Positions 13,835-26,204 of a stretch of DNA of 64,000 nt are shown here, one piece after another. A model generated the notes under the pieces. That model had not been told where the DNA came from. It saw only the letters and a program-made list of their open reading frames with translations, and made no database searches. Origin of the DNA: Mobula birostris (lineage: Eukaryota). The first letter of the stretch is position 1. Every line of letters begins with the position of its first letter. The position numbers and the translations under genes are program-made. The DNA lies in assembly GCF_030028105.1 (NCBI RefSeq), contig NC_092393.1, positions 12,962,012-13,026,011 on the forward strand, given 5' to 3'.

Positions 13835-14110
13835 CCATAAGACCTTAAGACATAAAAGCAGAATTAGGCCATTCAACCCTTCAAGTCAGCTCCACCATTC
13901 AATCATGGCTGATTTATTATCCCTCTCCACTCCATTCATCTGCCTACATTCTGTAACCTTTGATGCCCTGCCTAATCAAGAACCTGTCAACCTCTATTTT
14001 AAATATACATAATGACTTGACCTCCACAGCCATCTGTGGCGATGAATTCCACAGATTCACTGTCCTCTGGCTAACAAAATTCCTCCTTGTTGTCCTTGTA
14101 TTCTGAGTCT
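13835..14110 (-). mobile_element. CR1 LINE 3' end
   Basis: cataagaccttaagacataaaagcagaattaggccattc..gaattccacagattcac, homologous to 14829-15100. Confidence 0.85.
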
Positions 14111-14519
14111 GTGAAGCTGTGTCCAGGGTGCCTCTAAATAATGATGCTGGTGATCACTAACGAAACGAGCAAAGTGATGCCTCGTTAGTGGCCCCATTGT
14201 GTGCTGCTTAAATTCAGTATTTGTCATGCGCAAATTCCCATTTCTTTACCCTTGGACATTAGGTACAGTACCTTGAGCAAGTCTGGTATGTACTGCTCAT
14301 ACCTCATTACACTTCAGATGGCCAAGGTGTGGAGCACCTTGAGCCTCTGTCGTCCATGGTGAAGATGCACTAACGGTGGTGGGAGGTGGTAATGACCAGG
14401 AAGAGATGCTGTTGAGTCTGAATAGTGTGTGCTATGATGATGTTTTCATGCACATTGCCCTTGATAGTCTTGTTGGTTGGAGGTTGCTTTTTAATGGGAA
14501 TTTGAGGTTAAGACTGAGT

Positions 14520-14825
14520 ACAAAATCGAATGCCCCTCACCTACCGGACCTATGCCAATCATCAACCATCCACTCACAATAATCTGGTATTAATCCAACT
14601 TATTAAAATTTTCTCCATTTCTCACCAATTACCCCAGATTTTACCACTTATCTACATAATACAGCAAATTACACTGCCCAGTTAACTTACCAACCTGCAG
14701 ATCGTTAGGGAAACCAGAGCACCTGGAGGAAATCCACACAGAACATGCAAACTCTGCATAAAGAGAACTGAGGTTTAACCCCAGTCTCTGGTGCTGAAAG
14801 CAGTGACAAACTGTACCAAGTGTTA
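14520..14825 (-). mobile_element. V-SINE
   Basis: ggaaaccagagcacctggaggaaatccacacagaacatgcaaactc matches the V-domain reverse complement. Confidence 0.75.
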
Positions 14826-14828
14826 GTC

Positions 14829-17800
14829 CACAAAGACCATAAGACATAGGAGCAGAATTAGGTCATTTGGCCCATCAAACCTGCTCTGCCAATCCATCAT
14901 GTCTGGTTTACTATTAAACCCCATTATCCTGCCTTCTCCCCGTAAACATTGATATCCTGATTAGTCAAGAAACTATCATCCTCCACCTTGAATATGCCCA
15001 ATGACTTGGCCTGCACACTAGTCTGTGGCAATGAATTCCACAGATTCACCACCTTCTAGCTCAGGAATGTTTTCATCATCCCTGTTCTAAATGGATATCC
15101 CTCTATTCTGAGGCTGTGCCCTCTGGTCCTAGACTCACACAATATAGGAAACATCCTGTCAATGTCCCCCAATCTAGGCCTTTCAAAATTTTATAGTTTG
15201 CAATGAGATCTCCCTCACTCTTCTAAACTCCAGCAAGTACAGGCCCAAAGCCAGAAAATGCTCCTTGTGTGTAAATCCTTTCCTTTCTGGGATCATCCTC
15301 ATAAATCTCCTTTGGTCCCTCTCCAATGCCAGTGCATATTTTCTTAGATAAGGGATCTAAAACTGCTCACAACACTCCAAGTGCAGTCTCACCAATACTT
15401 TTTTTAATTCTCAGCTTTTATATTCTAGTCTTCTCGAAATGAATGTTAAGATTGCATTTGCTTTCCTTACCACTGATTCAACCTGCAAATTAACCTTTAG
15501 GGAATCCTGCACAAGGACTCTCAAGTCTCTTTTCATCTCTGAATTTTGAATTTTGTTCCCATTTAGAAAATAGTCCCTGCCTTTATTCCTTCTACCAAAG
15601 TGGATGACCATGCACTTCCCTACACTATATTCCATCTGCTACATTTTTGCCCATTTTCCCACTCCGAATGTCCTTTTACAGATAGCCTGCTTCCTCAACA
15701 CTGCCTGCCACTCCACTTATTTTTATATTGACCACAAGCTTGGCCACAGAGTCATCAATCATTCCTTCCATCCAAATCATTGAAATATAACATGAAAAGA
15801 AACAGTCCTAACACCAAACCTTATGGAAGACCACTAGTCACCAGCAGTCAAGCAGAAAAGGTCCCCTGTTGCCACTTCTTTGCCTCCTGCCAGCCAGCCA
15901 ACCTTCTTTCCGTTCAAGTATCTTTCCCGTAATACCATGGGCTCTTATCTTGTTATGTTACCTTGTCAAAGCCTCCTGAAAATCCCACTAAACAACAACC
16001 ATCGACTCATCTTTGTCTATCCTGCCTATTATTTCTTCAAAGATTTCCAACAAATTTGTCAGGTAAGATTTCCCCTTAAGGAAAACATGCTGACTTTGGC
16101 CTATTTTGTAATGTGCCTCCAAGTACCCCAAAGCCTCATCCTAATAATAGAATCCAACACCTTTCCAACCACTGAAGTCAAACTAACTGGCCTATAATTT
16201 CCTTTCTTCTGCCTCAGTCCTTTCCTAAAGAGGGGGTGACATTTGGAATTTTCCAGTCCTTTGGGACTATTCCAGAGTCTAGTGATTCTGAAAAGATCAT
16301 TACTAGTGCCTCCACAATCTCTTCAGCTACTCTTTCAGAACCCTGAGGTGTTATGCATCTGGTCCAGGTGACTTACCATCTTCAGACTGTTCAGCTTCCC
16401 AAGCACTCTCTCCTTAGTAATAGCAACGCTCACTTCTGCCCCCGACACTCTCATATTTTTGGCATTCTGCTGGTGTCTTCCACAGTGAAGATTGTTTCAA
16501 AAACTTTATTAAGATTGCCTACAGTTTCCTTATTCCCCCATTACTATTATATCTCTCCAGCATTATTTCCAGCGGTCTGATATCCACTTTCATCTTTCTT
16601 TTACTCTTCATATACTGTATCTGAAAAACTTCTTGCATCCACTTTTATATTTCTGGCTAATTTACCTTCATATTTCATCTTTTCTCCCTTTATAGTGTTT
16701 TTAGCTGTCTTCTGTTGGTTTTTAAAAGCCCAATCTTCAAACTTCCACTGACTTTTGCTATATTGTATGCCCTCTCTTTTGCTTTTATACTTTCCTTGTC
16801 TTTCCTTATCAGCCATGGTTGTGTCAACTTCCCTTTAAAATGCTTCTTCATCTTTGGGAAGAATCTTTCCTGTGCTTTCCGAATTGCTGCCAAAGACATC
16901 AGCCATTGCTGTTCTGCTGTTATCTCTGTTAGTGTCCCCTTCCAATCAACTTTAGCCATCTCCTCTCTCATGTCTCTGTAATTCCCCTTGCTCTGCTATA
17001 ATACCAAGTCATCTGATTTTAGCTTCTTCGTCTTAAACTACAGGGTGAATTCTATTATATTATGATCACTGTCTCCTAAGGGTTCCTTTACCTAAGCTCC
17101 TTAATCAAATCTAGAATTGTCATTCCCCTAATGTGCTCAGCCACAAACTGCTCTAAAAAGCCATCTCGTAGGCATTCCAGAAATTCCCTCTCCTGGAATC
17201 CAGCACCAACCTTATTTTCCCAGTCTACCTGCATATTGAAATCCCCCATGACTATCGTAACCTTGCTCTTTTTAAAACCTTTTATATTTCCCATTGTAAT
17301 GTATAGCCCACATCCTGACTACTATTCAAAGGCCTGTATATAACTCTTATCAGGGTCTTTTTACCCTTGTAGTTTCTTAACTCTACCCACAAGGATTCTA
17401 CATCTTCCAATCGTATGTCACCTCTTTCAAAGTAATTGATTCCTTTTTTACCAACAGAGCCACCCCACTCCCTCTGTCTACCTGCCTGTCCTTTTGATAC
17501 AATGTGTATCCTTGGATGTTAACCTCCCAACTGTGTTCTTCTTTCAGCCATGACTCAACGATGTCTACAACATAATACCTGCCAATCTCTAACTGCACTA
17601 CAAGATCATCCACCTTATTCCATATACTGCATGCATCTAAATATAACACCTTCCATCCTGTATTCATCACCCTTTTCAATTTTTGCCCCCTTCCCCTACC
17701 CTTGAACATCCTACTGACTGCAATTTTGCCCTATCATCTCCCTGTCCTTCCTTACAGTCTTACTACACACGGTATCTATTTGTGTACCAACCTTCCCATC

Positions 17801-18330
17801 CTTAGCCCTATCATTCTGGTACCCATCCCCTGCCAAATTAGTTTAAACCCTCCCCAACAGTTCTAGCAAACTTAGCCACAACAATATTCTTCCCCTTCGG
17901 GTTCAGGTGTATCCTACCCTTATTGTACAGATCATACATTTCCCAGAAGAGATCCCAAATATCCAGAAATCTGAAAACTTGCCCCTGGACCAATTCTTCC
18001 ACGACACATTCATCTGCCACATCATCAGATTCATACCCTCACTGGCACGTGGCACAGGCAGCAACCCAGAGATTTTCAGCTTTCTACCTAACTCCCTATA
18101 ATCCCTCTTCAGAACCTTCTCCCTTTTCCTACGTATGTGATTGTTACCAATACATACCATGACCTTTGGTTGTTCACCCTCCCCCTTTAGAATGCTGTGG
18201 ACCCAATCTGAGATGTCCCTGACCCTAGCTCCTGGGAGGCACCATACTGTTCAGGTGTCCCTTTCATGTCCACAGAATCTGCTGTCTGCTCCTCTAGTTA
18301 TGGAAACCCCTATCATTTCTGAATTCCTCT
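14829..18330 (-). mobile_element. Near-full-length degenerate CR1 LINE (ORF1 esterase remnant, APE endonuclease, RT)
   Basis: ORF fragments CIGNNHIRRKREKVLKRDYRELGRKLK (SGNH esterase-like ORF1), LYLDACSIWNK..ESWL..KDR..GSGVALLVK and IVMGDFN (APE), KCMVIHFGRRN..RDLRVLV (RT C-terminus); CR1 3' tail at 14829. Confidence 0.92.
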
Positions 18331-18964
18331 TTTGGAATAGACCCTTTGCTCTTCGAGATAAAGAAATCTGACAAGCCTTTATTATGTGGACTCACCTTAG
18401 CTCTGTGGTTTACCTCATACATGAAGTTTGCTGTTGTCTCTTCTCCATAGATGCTGCCCAGCCAGCAGATCTGTCCTGTTACTTTCAGTTTTTGTTTCAG
18501 GTTTTAGGTACCCAGAACATTTTGCTTCTCCTCCTCATGTTACAGTAAGGAACGCTCCCCAGCTCGGCCATTTCTCAAACCAGATAATGTTGTGCCAACT
18601 AAGTGGTTTTGAAAATTTAATGGCAGGTGAAGAACAGATTGTTGGAAGTCCATCAATGCATACAAAAGATTGGGCATTATGGCTGTTTTCCAATGTGAAT
18701 CTAAAATGAAAGAAGAAAACCCAGTAGGTATTTTGTACATGCTTTGTGCCCTTGGTCATGAGGTTGTCTGAAGGATAAATATTTGTTAGGTACCCTGGAT
18801 CTTCTAAAACCCCTAAGCAGCCAGAAGATGCCTTGATATAACATCTTATCCAATAGATGCGATCTGCCACAAGTACAATACTCCTGCACTGGAGAATCAA
18901 AACAGATTTAGTACCTATCTCCACGTGTAAGATCATTTAAAGTTCAATAACAAGGTCTCATGCT

Positions 18965-19480
18965 ATCAAAGATTCAAAGTACATTTATTATCAAAGTATG
19001 TATGCAGTATGCAACCTTGAGATTTGTCTTCCCCACAGGCAGCAATGGAACACAGAAATACCATGGAACCCATTTAAATAAAAACATCAACCACTCCAAC
19101 ATGCAAAAAAAAACAAATTGTGCAAATGGCAACAAAAAAAGAGCAAAAAACACAGAATATAAAACACAAAATCAGGCTGCGTTCCTTATCTGCAGGCCAC
19201 CCCAATTCAAAATCACCCAAAATGGCAACAAAAAAAAAGAGTGACCAGAAACCAGAAACGCATCATAACGTGAGCGAAAAGTCCAATCCACAATCCACGT
19301 TAATTAAACCTTGCGCAAGACCCAGAACTCTGGCAGCAACCTCCAACAGCATCAAGGGAGAGAGAGAGAGACCATCCAAATGCAGAGACCTTCCTCAGGA
19401 GCAGCAAGCGAGGGGGAGAGAGAGAGACTGTCACACAGACTCCTTCCTCTGGCAGCCGCGAGTGAGAGGCTGGTAGACTG
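18965..19480 (-). mobile_element. Retroposon with Rex-type 3' tail and non-coding body
   Basis: caaagattcaaagtacatttattatcaaag..caaccttgagatttg tail, shared with 24120, 45600-45810 (+) and 48755. Confidence 0.6.
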
Positions 19481-19743
19481 TTTCAAAACAGTTCATAGCT
19501 GCAACAGATGTAAAGAAGAAATGAAGGCTAATTGATCATCTATGGACATTAAACCTGATTCAGAAAAAGCTGCAAGTTCAGCTGGGATGGGAAATGCAAT
19601 CCTAACTCCAAGCTTGAGATGGTGTTGCTCTTTGAAACTGAGGTTAATAGAAAATTACTCCTCACTATAATGCTATAATATTTACATAACACGTTGTATG
19701 CAGCTGTATTCTGTGAATATGTGTTCATTTACATTCTCTAATA

Positions 19744-19805
19744 GGGGAGGCCCGGTAGCGTAGTGGTTAGCACAACCCTTTACAGTACCAGCGACCCGGG
19801 TTCAA
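19744..19805 (+). mobile_element. Isolated tRNA-derived V-SINE head
   Basis: A box tagcgtagtgg and B box ggttcaag; same layout as the head of the SINE at 63462; body absent. Confidence 0.65.
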
Positions 19806-20849
19806 GTACGGGTTCAGCTGTGGATTAAGCTTCTCAGCTATTGCCGTGGGTTTTGGCCTTCGGATAGTACCATTGAACTTATTACAGACATACAGTACTT
19901 ATACCAGGCAAGACACTAAGGTATAGCTTTCTGCAGGTTAATTCATATTTTAAACTCTAATAGATTTTATTTATTTTACTATTAATAATTTCTTCTGGGA
20001 TAGTCATTTGACTGGAGTATTCAGCTCCTGAGAAGGATATCATTCAGACTTTCCCTGACACTGCCTGTTTTATGTGTGTGCCACTCTTTCCAGGGTGGAA
20101 CTGCTCTCTCCTTTGAGCACAACTGCCCACACCGACCCCACACCAATCAACTCACTTTCATCACCCTCGCAGCACTCTTCCTGAAGTTGAAAACCTGTCA
20201 TATCAATCGATGAATAATTCACTACGTTCCCACCAGCTATCCAGTTAGTTAACCCAATTAACAAGGCAGCATAATTTCTCAACCTGTGTTTTGTCTCTCC
20301 TGTGTCCCAGCAATAGATCATTGTCAAATTTATTGTACTGACTACTTACTTGAAGTGTCACAGAACATCTCATGCTCTTCTCTGTCCCATCACTGACACC
20401 ATGACTTCTGCCATCCAGCTCCAAAACTCTGGTGATCAGCTACCAAGCTTTCCATCTCTGCCTGTCATTATCTGATTTTACTCTGGGGATCTCCTTAGGA
20501 ACCTTTCCCTTGCTTTTACATAATCGGAATCTGTTGCATCGTATTCAGAGCAAATGTTTTCCTCAGCAACCACAATAGTCCAAATTATTTCCAGTCTTGA
20601 AATTGAAAATAATTTCTGTCTAGGCCTAAAGCCTGGTTAACAGTGGTTATTATTCCCAAGAACTGGGAATCAGTTAAAATGGCAACTTGCTCCAAAGCTG
20701 TGACAGGTTGTTATTTTCAGGATCGTTCATTTATAACAAGCTCATCACTGAGCCAGGAACCAGTGGATTCAGACCCAGTCCCAGGTGTGATCATGCTCTC
20801 TTGTTCTTTGTAAATGGGCAGTCCTACCGATAAGGCACTGAAGGCCAGA

Positions 20850-21170
20850 CTTATTACAAAGACATGGGTTTTGCAAGGGCTGTTTGATATTCCACAGACA
20901 GAGAAAAGGGCAAAAAGGATGGCGAGTAGCAGTGCTCATCAGGAATAGTATCACAGTTATGGTGAGGGAGGACATCAAGGAGAGATTGGCTACTGGGTCA
21001 GTGTGGATAGAAGACTGAAAAAGGAAGGGAGCAAATTGAAAACAGTTGTTATTGGGGAAATGGACCTCAGAAATGTTTAAGTTGTTTAGGATACACTTGC
21101 ATGGGATTCACTGAGTCAAGGAAAAAAAGATTTGGTAAAGGAACTATGGTTGACAAGAGAAGTGAAACGT
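20850..21170 (+). mobile_element. CR1 endonuclease-region fragment
   Basis: gacagagaaaagggcaaaaaggatggcgagtagcagtgctcatcagg (DR..GGGVA.LIR-like) and gggtcagtgtggatagaa (SVWIE). Confidence 0.55.
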
Positions 21171-21834
21171 TTGACTCAGGTAGCAGCCCTTTAAGATAGG
21201 TAAACACCCACTCAACTCTTCATCAGGCACACTAACCCCATCCTTTGGAGTGACTCCCACTTGGCTTCAGGCTCAAGTTAATCACCTCTATCTGCTACAA
21301 ACAGTAACTGCCTCCTGGCAGTAACTAGCAATGTCCCTCAACACCAACTGCACCATCTGACCACCGACAGCATCCCCAAAGATTACCACCAAAACTAACC
21401 CACAACTAACAAACCTACTTACTAATGTTATTCTCCATGGATGCCAGCAGCCAAACCTTGGCCCACTCTCTTTACCTCAGTCTGTCCAACATCCACTTCT
21501 GTCAACCTTCACACAAACACCACCACCAATCCCCAGCACATTCCACCTGCTTCCTCGAACCAACCTGATTTCCTCCAGATTGGTAAAGAAGTATACTAAG
21601 TCCTGGAGTCTATCTGGAGCATCAAGGACTGCTGGTTTTCCAGCTGTAGCCTCGTGCATTCACCGATTGTTGACCCACCGAATACTGTCTGACCAACTTT
21701 ATATGTGTCCCCTGACTTCCAGATGATATGCTTCAGTATGTTGAAGATAATGTGTGATGTACAGAGGGCAATGAGTCAGAACATTCAAAGTACAATGACT
21801 TCCCCGGAGTGTAACCAGTGCTCCACAAAGAAAA

Positions 21835-22160
21835 TAAAATAACAATGCTTTGCTATATGCAAGACCTTGGTAAATTTCAAAGTTCTTTATAGAAGTGGAG
21901 CAACATTTGCACCATAGACAAATCACAGCCAAAATTTGTGCACAGCAAAATCCCACAGATAGCAATGGTTTCAGCTGTATTTGGTATGAACTGAAAGATA
22001 CATATTGGGCAGGGTACCAGAATTGTTTACAGTGATGCTATGAGATCATTGATGGGGCCTTTCCTTAGTACCTTATCTGATAAACAAAATGTCTTACAAT
22101 TCAGCCCTTCTTTAATTTCACTTTGGAGTGGCAGCCCAGATGATTTGCTGGTCCCTGTCT
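21835..22160 (-). mobile_element. Deu-core SINE (SacSINE/AmnSINE-related), diverged
   Basis: cagccaaaatttgtgcacagcaaaatcccacagatagcaatg..catattgggcagggtacc matches the Deu-domain reverse complement. Confidence 0.65.
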
Positions 22161-22227
22161 TAACTGACTTGTGTCTTTTATTCTTCACTGTTTGAAACAC
22201 ACATGGTATAATATTCATAGTGGAAAA

Positions 22228-22970
22228 GTCAGAATCAGGTTTAATATTACCGGCATAGTTCAATGCAATACATGATAATATAGAAAAAAATAAGTAAATC
22301 AACTACAGTAAATATATATACAATAGTTAAATTAAAGTGTGTTAGTGCGTGGCCAAGTGGTTAAGGCGTTCATCTAGTAATCTGAAGGTTGTTAGTTCGA
22401 GCCTTGGCTGAGGCAGCATGTTGGGTCCTTGAGCAAGGCACTTAATCACACATTGCTCTGCGACGACACTGGTGCCAAGCTGTATGGGTCCTTATGCCCT
22501 TCCTTTGAACAACATCGGTGGCAATGAGAGGGGAGACGTGCAGCATGGGCAGCTGCTGGTCTTCCATACAACCTTGCCCAGGCCTGTGCCCTGGAAACCT
22601 TCCAAGGCACAAATCCATGGTCTCACGAGACTAACGGACGCCTAAAAAAAAGTTAAATTAAAAATAGTGCAAAAACAGAAATAATATGACAAAAAGTGAG
22701 GTCGTGTTGTGGGGTTCGATGTCCATTTAGGAATTGGATGGCAGAGGGGAAGAAGCTGTTCTTGAAACACTAATTGAGTACCTTCAGGCTTCTGTACCTC
22801 CTTCCTGATGGTAACAATGAGAGGAGGGTACTGGGTGATGGGCACCCTTAATAATGGACGCTGCCTTTCTGAGGCACTGCTCCTTGAAAATGTGCTGAAT
22901 ACTACTGAGTCTAGTAGCCAAGATGGAGCTGACTAATTTTATATCTTTCTGTAGCTTCTCTTGATCCTGG
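22228..22970 (-). mobile_element. Rex1/Babar-type LINE 3' fragment, interrupted by a SINE
   Basis: Tail tcagaatcaggtttaat; coding end LLPSGRRYRSLKV..FKNSFFPSAI on minus strand. Confidence 0.85.
22337..22650 (+). mobile_element. tRNA-derived CORE-type SINE, full length
   Basis: A box tggccaagtgg, B box gttcgagcc, CORE-like gtccttgagcaaggcacttaa, A tail; 12-bp TSD agttaaattaaa (22325-22336, 22651-22662). Confidence 0.88.
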
Positions 22971-24119
22971 CTCTGACTCTGCCAGTGGTCATAATTACTT
23001 GCTGCCTAGAGCACTGGCCTGAGAAGGAATTCATTTCTTAGCATACGTCTCTGCACTAGCAGCAGGAAGCCATTCAGACATTCACAGTCAGCAGAATTAT
23101 TTGTAAAACACAGGGAAGCAAGACTAATTAGCTCTTTCATGAGTTGGCACAGTCAGGATGGGCTAACCCCTGCTGGATTATTCGGTCTCCACAATGATGT
23201 CACAGGGCAGTAGTGTGGGCATCTCCTCCTCGCAGTCCTAAACAGAAGTGGCAGGCTACATTACATGTAAAACTGACTGTATAAGTGTCTTTCCTTTTTA
23301 ATTTCTCTTAGCATGTGTGAGGTCTCCAAAGTTGGTGTTATTGTTCCACAGAGGAGCATGTGATAACAGGTCCATGTGACAGTGGGGTTTCTGAGTCCAA
23401 TTTTGCCTCAAAGAAATAAGTACACAAAGGCTGATTAAAGTTCAGTTGAAAGGCAGGTGACAAGGTTTCAGGGTTTACATGACTTGGTACAGGGGCCAAG
23501 TTCATTTTAACACCATTTCTTAAATGCTGATAATGTACTTATGAATGACTTCGATAATTTTAAATATCACCGACATTATATCTTCTATTTCTTCCTAGTG
23601 GCTTCCTGGGCTCATCCTTCATCTTCATTAATTTATGATGCTGAATTTTAAGCAGGTCGACATGCATATTTATGGCTATATTGGCAATCTTAATATGACT
23701 TTTCTAACTTTTCGCTAATGATTTAAACCTCATGCTGTTAAAATGCATCTACATTATTTAAATTGGTTCATTCCTCTGCCATGGCAACAATGGTCTTTTT
23801 GATGTCAACGTTTAAGGAAATGTCAGGTTTTACATTTACATTTCTATGGGATGTAGCATTTAATTAAATTTAAGATGCAAAAGGATTCTCCCAACAAAAG
23901 GTTTCCTGTGGTAATTGTGGCAGGTTCATTGTTAAGGAACACTTTAATATTGTCAATACTTAAACCTTATTTAAATGTTGACTGTCAGTGTATTTTGACA
24001 GTCTATCAATGCTGGTTATACGTTCTCACAGTGAATTACTGGATTCACCTGGTGGTTTCCAAGCAGCAAAACCTCTTGGATGGGTTCTTATATAAGCCAG
24101 CTTTATATGCAATGCAAGC

Positions 24120-24470
24120 TATTCAAAGATTCAAGATTCTAAGTACATTATCAAAGACTATATAAATTATTCAACCTTGAGATTTGTTTCCTTACAGAAA
24201 GCCGCAAAGCAAGAAACCCAAAAGAACCCAATTAAAGAAAAAAAATAGAAGATCGACACACAAGAGAAAAGGGAAAGAAAACACAAATCATACAAACAAT
24301 TGAAGCGAACAACAACATTCCAAACCAAATTGAGTTCTCAGAGACAAACCCCTGAATAGGCCTCACTTATGAGTCCATCATCTAAGCAGGCACAGGGTAC
24401 AGCAGCCAGGGCAGTCTTCATAGCCTCAGCGCCATGGTAGAGGAGTGACTATCATGGACAGCTTGCAAAA
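24120..24470 (-). mobile_element. Retroposon with Rex-type 3' tail and non-coding body
   Basis: attcaaagattcaagattc..attatcaaag..caaccttgagatttgtt tail as at 18965. Confidence 0.6.
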
Positions 24471-24664
24471 TCAGCTATTAGTTCTCTTCAGGAAGATACA
24501 ACTCACCTTAGTGCCCCTTGAAATCATCATTGAAGCATGGAATTTGGTGCTTCGTCCCATCTTCTCTGAGCCCACTCATTAAAGGAGATAATTAGCCTTA
24601 TTTCCCTGTGCTTTTCTCAAAGCATGTTAGTGATTTCCCCCTTCAATGGGCTCCGAAGTACATA

Positions 24665-24950
24665 GTTGGCACAGTGGCACTGGGCAGAGCAGTTGATTCG
24701 CCTTCAGTTCTCTCTGTGGGAAGTATGCAAGTTCTCCTCATGACCCTGTGAGTTTCCTCTGGTTGCTCTGGTTTTCTCTCACACCCTCCTGATGACCGGT
24801 AGATGAATACATGCCAAAATGGAATGTCCCTAGTGGAGAAGTGAATGGTAGAATGTCGGGAGAGCCAATGAAATGTTATTTTTGTAGGATTAGTGTAGAT
24901 GGCTGGTGTGGACTTGCTGGGCTGTTTCTGTGTGTATGACTCGATCATAC
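24665..24950 (+). mobile_element. V-SINE
   Basis: gtgagtttcctctggttgctctggttttctctcacaccc V-domain; CR1-like tail gggctgtttctgtgtgtatgactc. Confidence 0.7.
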
Positions 24951-25301
24951 AAGAAAATTCCAACAAAGGAAAACCTTAAGGTGCACTGCAGCTTCCTGCA
25001 TTTATTCATTCATTCAGTCAAGGATGAACCAGCACTTAGTTACTGACTACTAGTACCAATTAGTTACTAGCTACTAGTGCTTGTGAGCTGCCTCCTTATG
25101 CCATACAGATTTTGGGTTTGGGTATACCCAAAAATTTCAGAAATCTTTAATCACGAAGTCTGTGGGGAATATCAAGCAACCTAACCCTATATCAGCAAAC
25201 TAATCCTATATCAATCCCACTTTATTTTACTCTGCCCCTGATCCTACCAGTACCTTCTACACAACAGACGATTTTATAATAGCCATTAAACCCTCCAACC
25301 T

Positions 25302-25419
25302 TTCCTCTCCCCCGCTTTCCAGTCCTGATGAAGGTTTTCAGCCTGAAACGTCAACTGCTTATTCCACTCCATAGATGCTGCCTGACCTGCTGAGTTCCTC
25401 CAGCATTTTGTTTGTGTTG
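25302..25419 (+). mobile_element. Short PLE terminal-repeat insertion
   Basis: HHR followed by ccatagatgctgcctgacctgctgagttcctccagcattttg; 5-bp flanking duplication aacct. Confidence 0.85.
25320..25357 (+). ncRNA. Minimal type I hammerhead ribozyme motif (PLE-associated)
   Basis: CUGAUGA (25325-31), stem II AGGU/GCCU, GAAAC (25345-49), GUC cleavage triplet (25350-52), stem I cagu/acug. Confidence 0.7.
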
Positions 25420-26204
25420 AACCTACCACTCTACACACCCTTGGGATGTGGATGGCAACCAGAGTATGGGGGGGGGGGGTGAATCTATATGCTCAGAGGG
25501 AGAACATGCAAACTCCGCATAGACAGCATCTGAGTCAAGGATTGAACTTGAGTCACTGGAGCTGCAGGTAAGCTCTACCAGCTGTTCCATTGTATTACCA
25601 CCATCATCCAAATCCTGCTCAGTAACTTCTGTGCAGTTTTTGTTAATATTGCTAAATAAACCAATGAAACATCTGTAATTTTACAAGTGGCAGAGGTGAT
25701 CTTCCTCTCAGCTTGTTAACTGAATGCTAAGGGAGACACAGTCACCAAGGTGCAGGAAGCTGCAGCGCACCATAAGGTTTTTGGTCTAGTTCTGATATTT
25801 TATCGTATTCTTTACACATTTGTAACATGGCGGGATTGGATGAAATCACTGAGGTGATACTCAGTGATATTGTTGTGTATAGCAGCAACTGTTCGCTGTG
25901 TTCCTTTTGCTTTTATCTCCCTGCTGAGTAAAGCCGTGTGAATTTTCTCAAGACGTATCACAAACATAGTGCGTATTAATTGACAAACCCATTTGTGATT
26001 GGGAGCATGACCCATGCAGAAGTCGCCAAACATTGCTTTCCATCAGCTTGCCTATTTACCTTTTCTGCCAAGACACACAGGATAGTGGCAAACGTGAGCC
26101 GTGTCCGTGACTGAGATTGACGCAGTCAGCAAGATACAGGAAACTGCAGAGCACCACAAGATTTTTGGTTTTGTTCTGATATCCCAAGAGTTTCTTTCCA
26201 TTTT

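Larger units (their letters stand above)
25190..25605 (-). mobile_element. V-SINE interrupted by a PLE insertion
   Basis: gggagaacatgcaaactccgcatagacagc..aggattgaac. Confidence 0.7.

Noticed and set aside
14155-14190. 9-bp stem hairpin cactaacga/tcgttagtg containing gaaac, as a ribozyme
   Set aside because: Core boxes are not in hammerhead order on either strand; the surrounding 14110-14490 is only weakly reminiscent of a LINE RNase H region and could not be assigned
19744-19810. tRNA gene
   Set aside because: No closing acceptor stem or T-run terminator; matches the V-SINE heads elsewhere in the window
21195-21228. Minus-strand cctgatgaagag as another hammerhead
   Set aside because: No stem II closure and no downstream GAAA box
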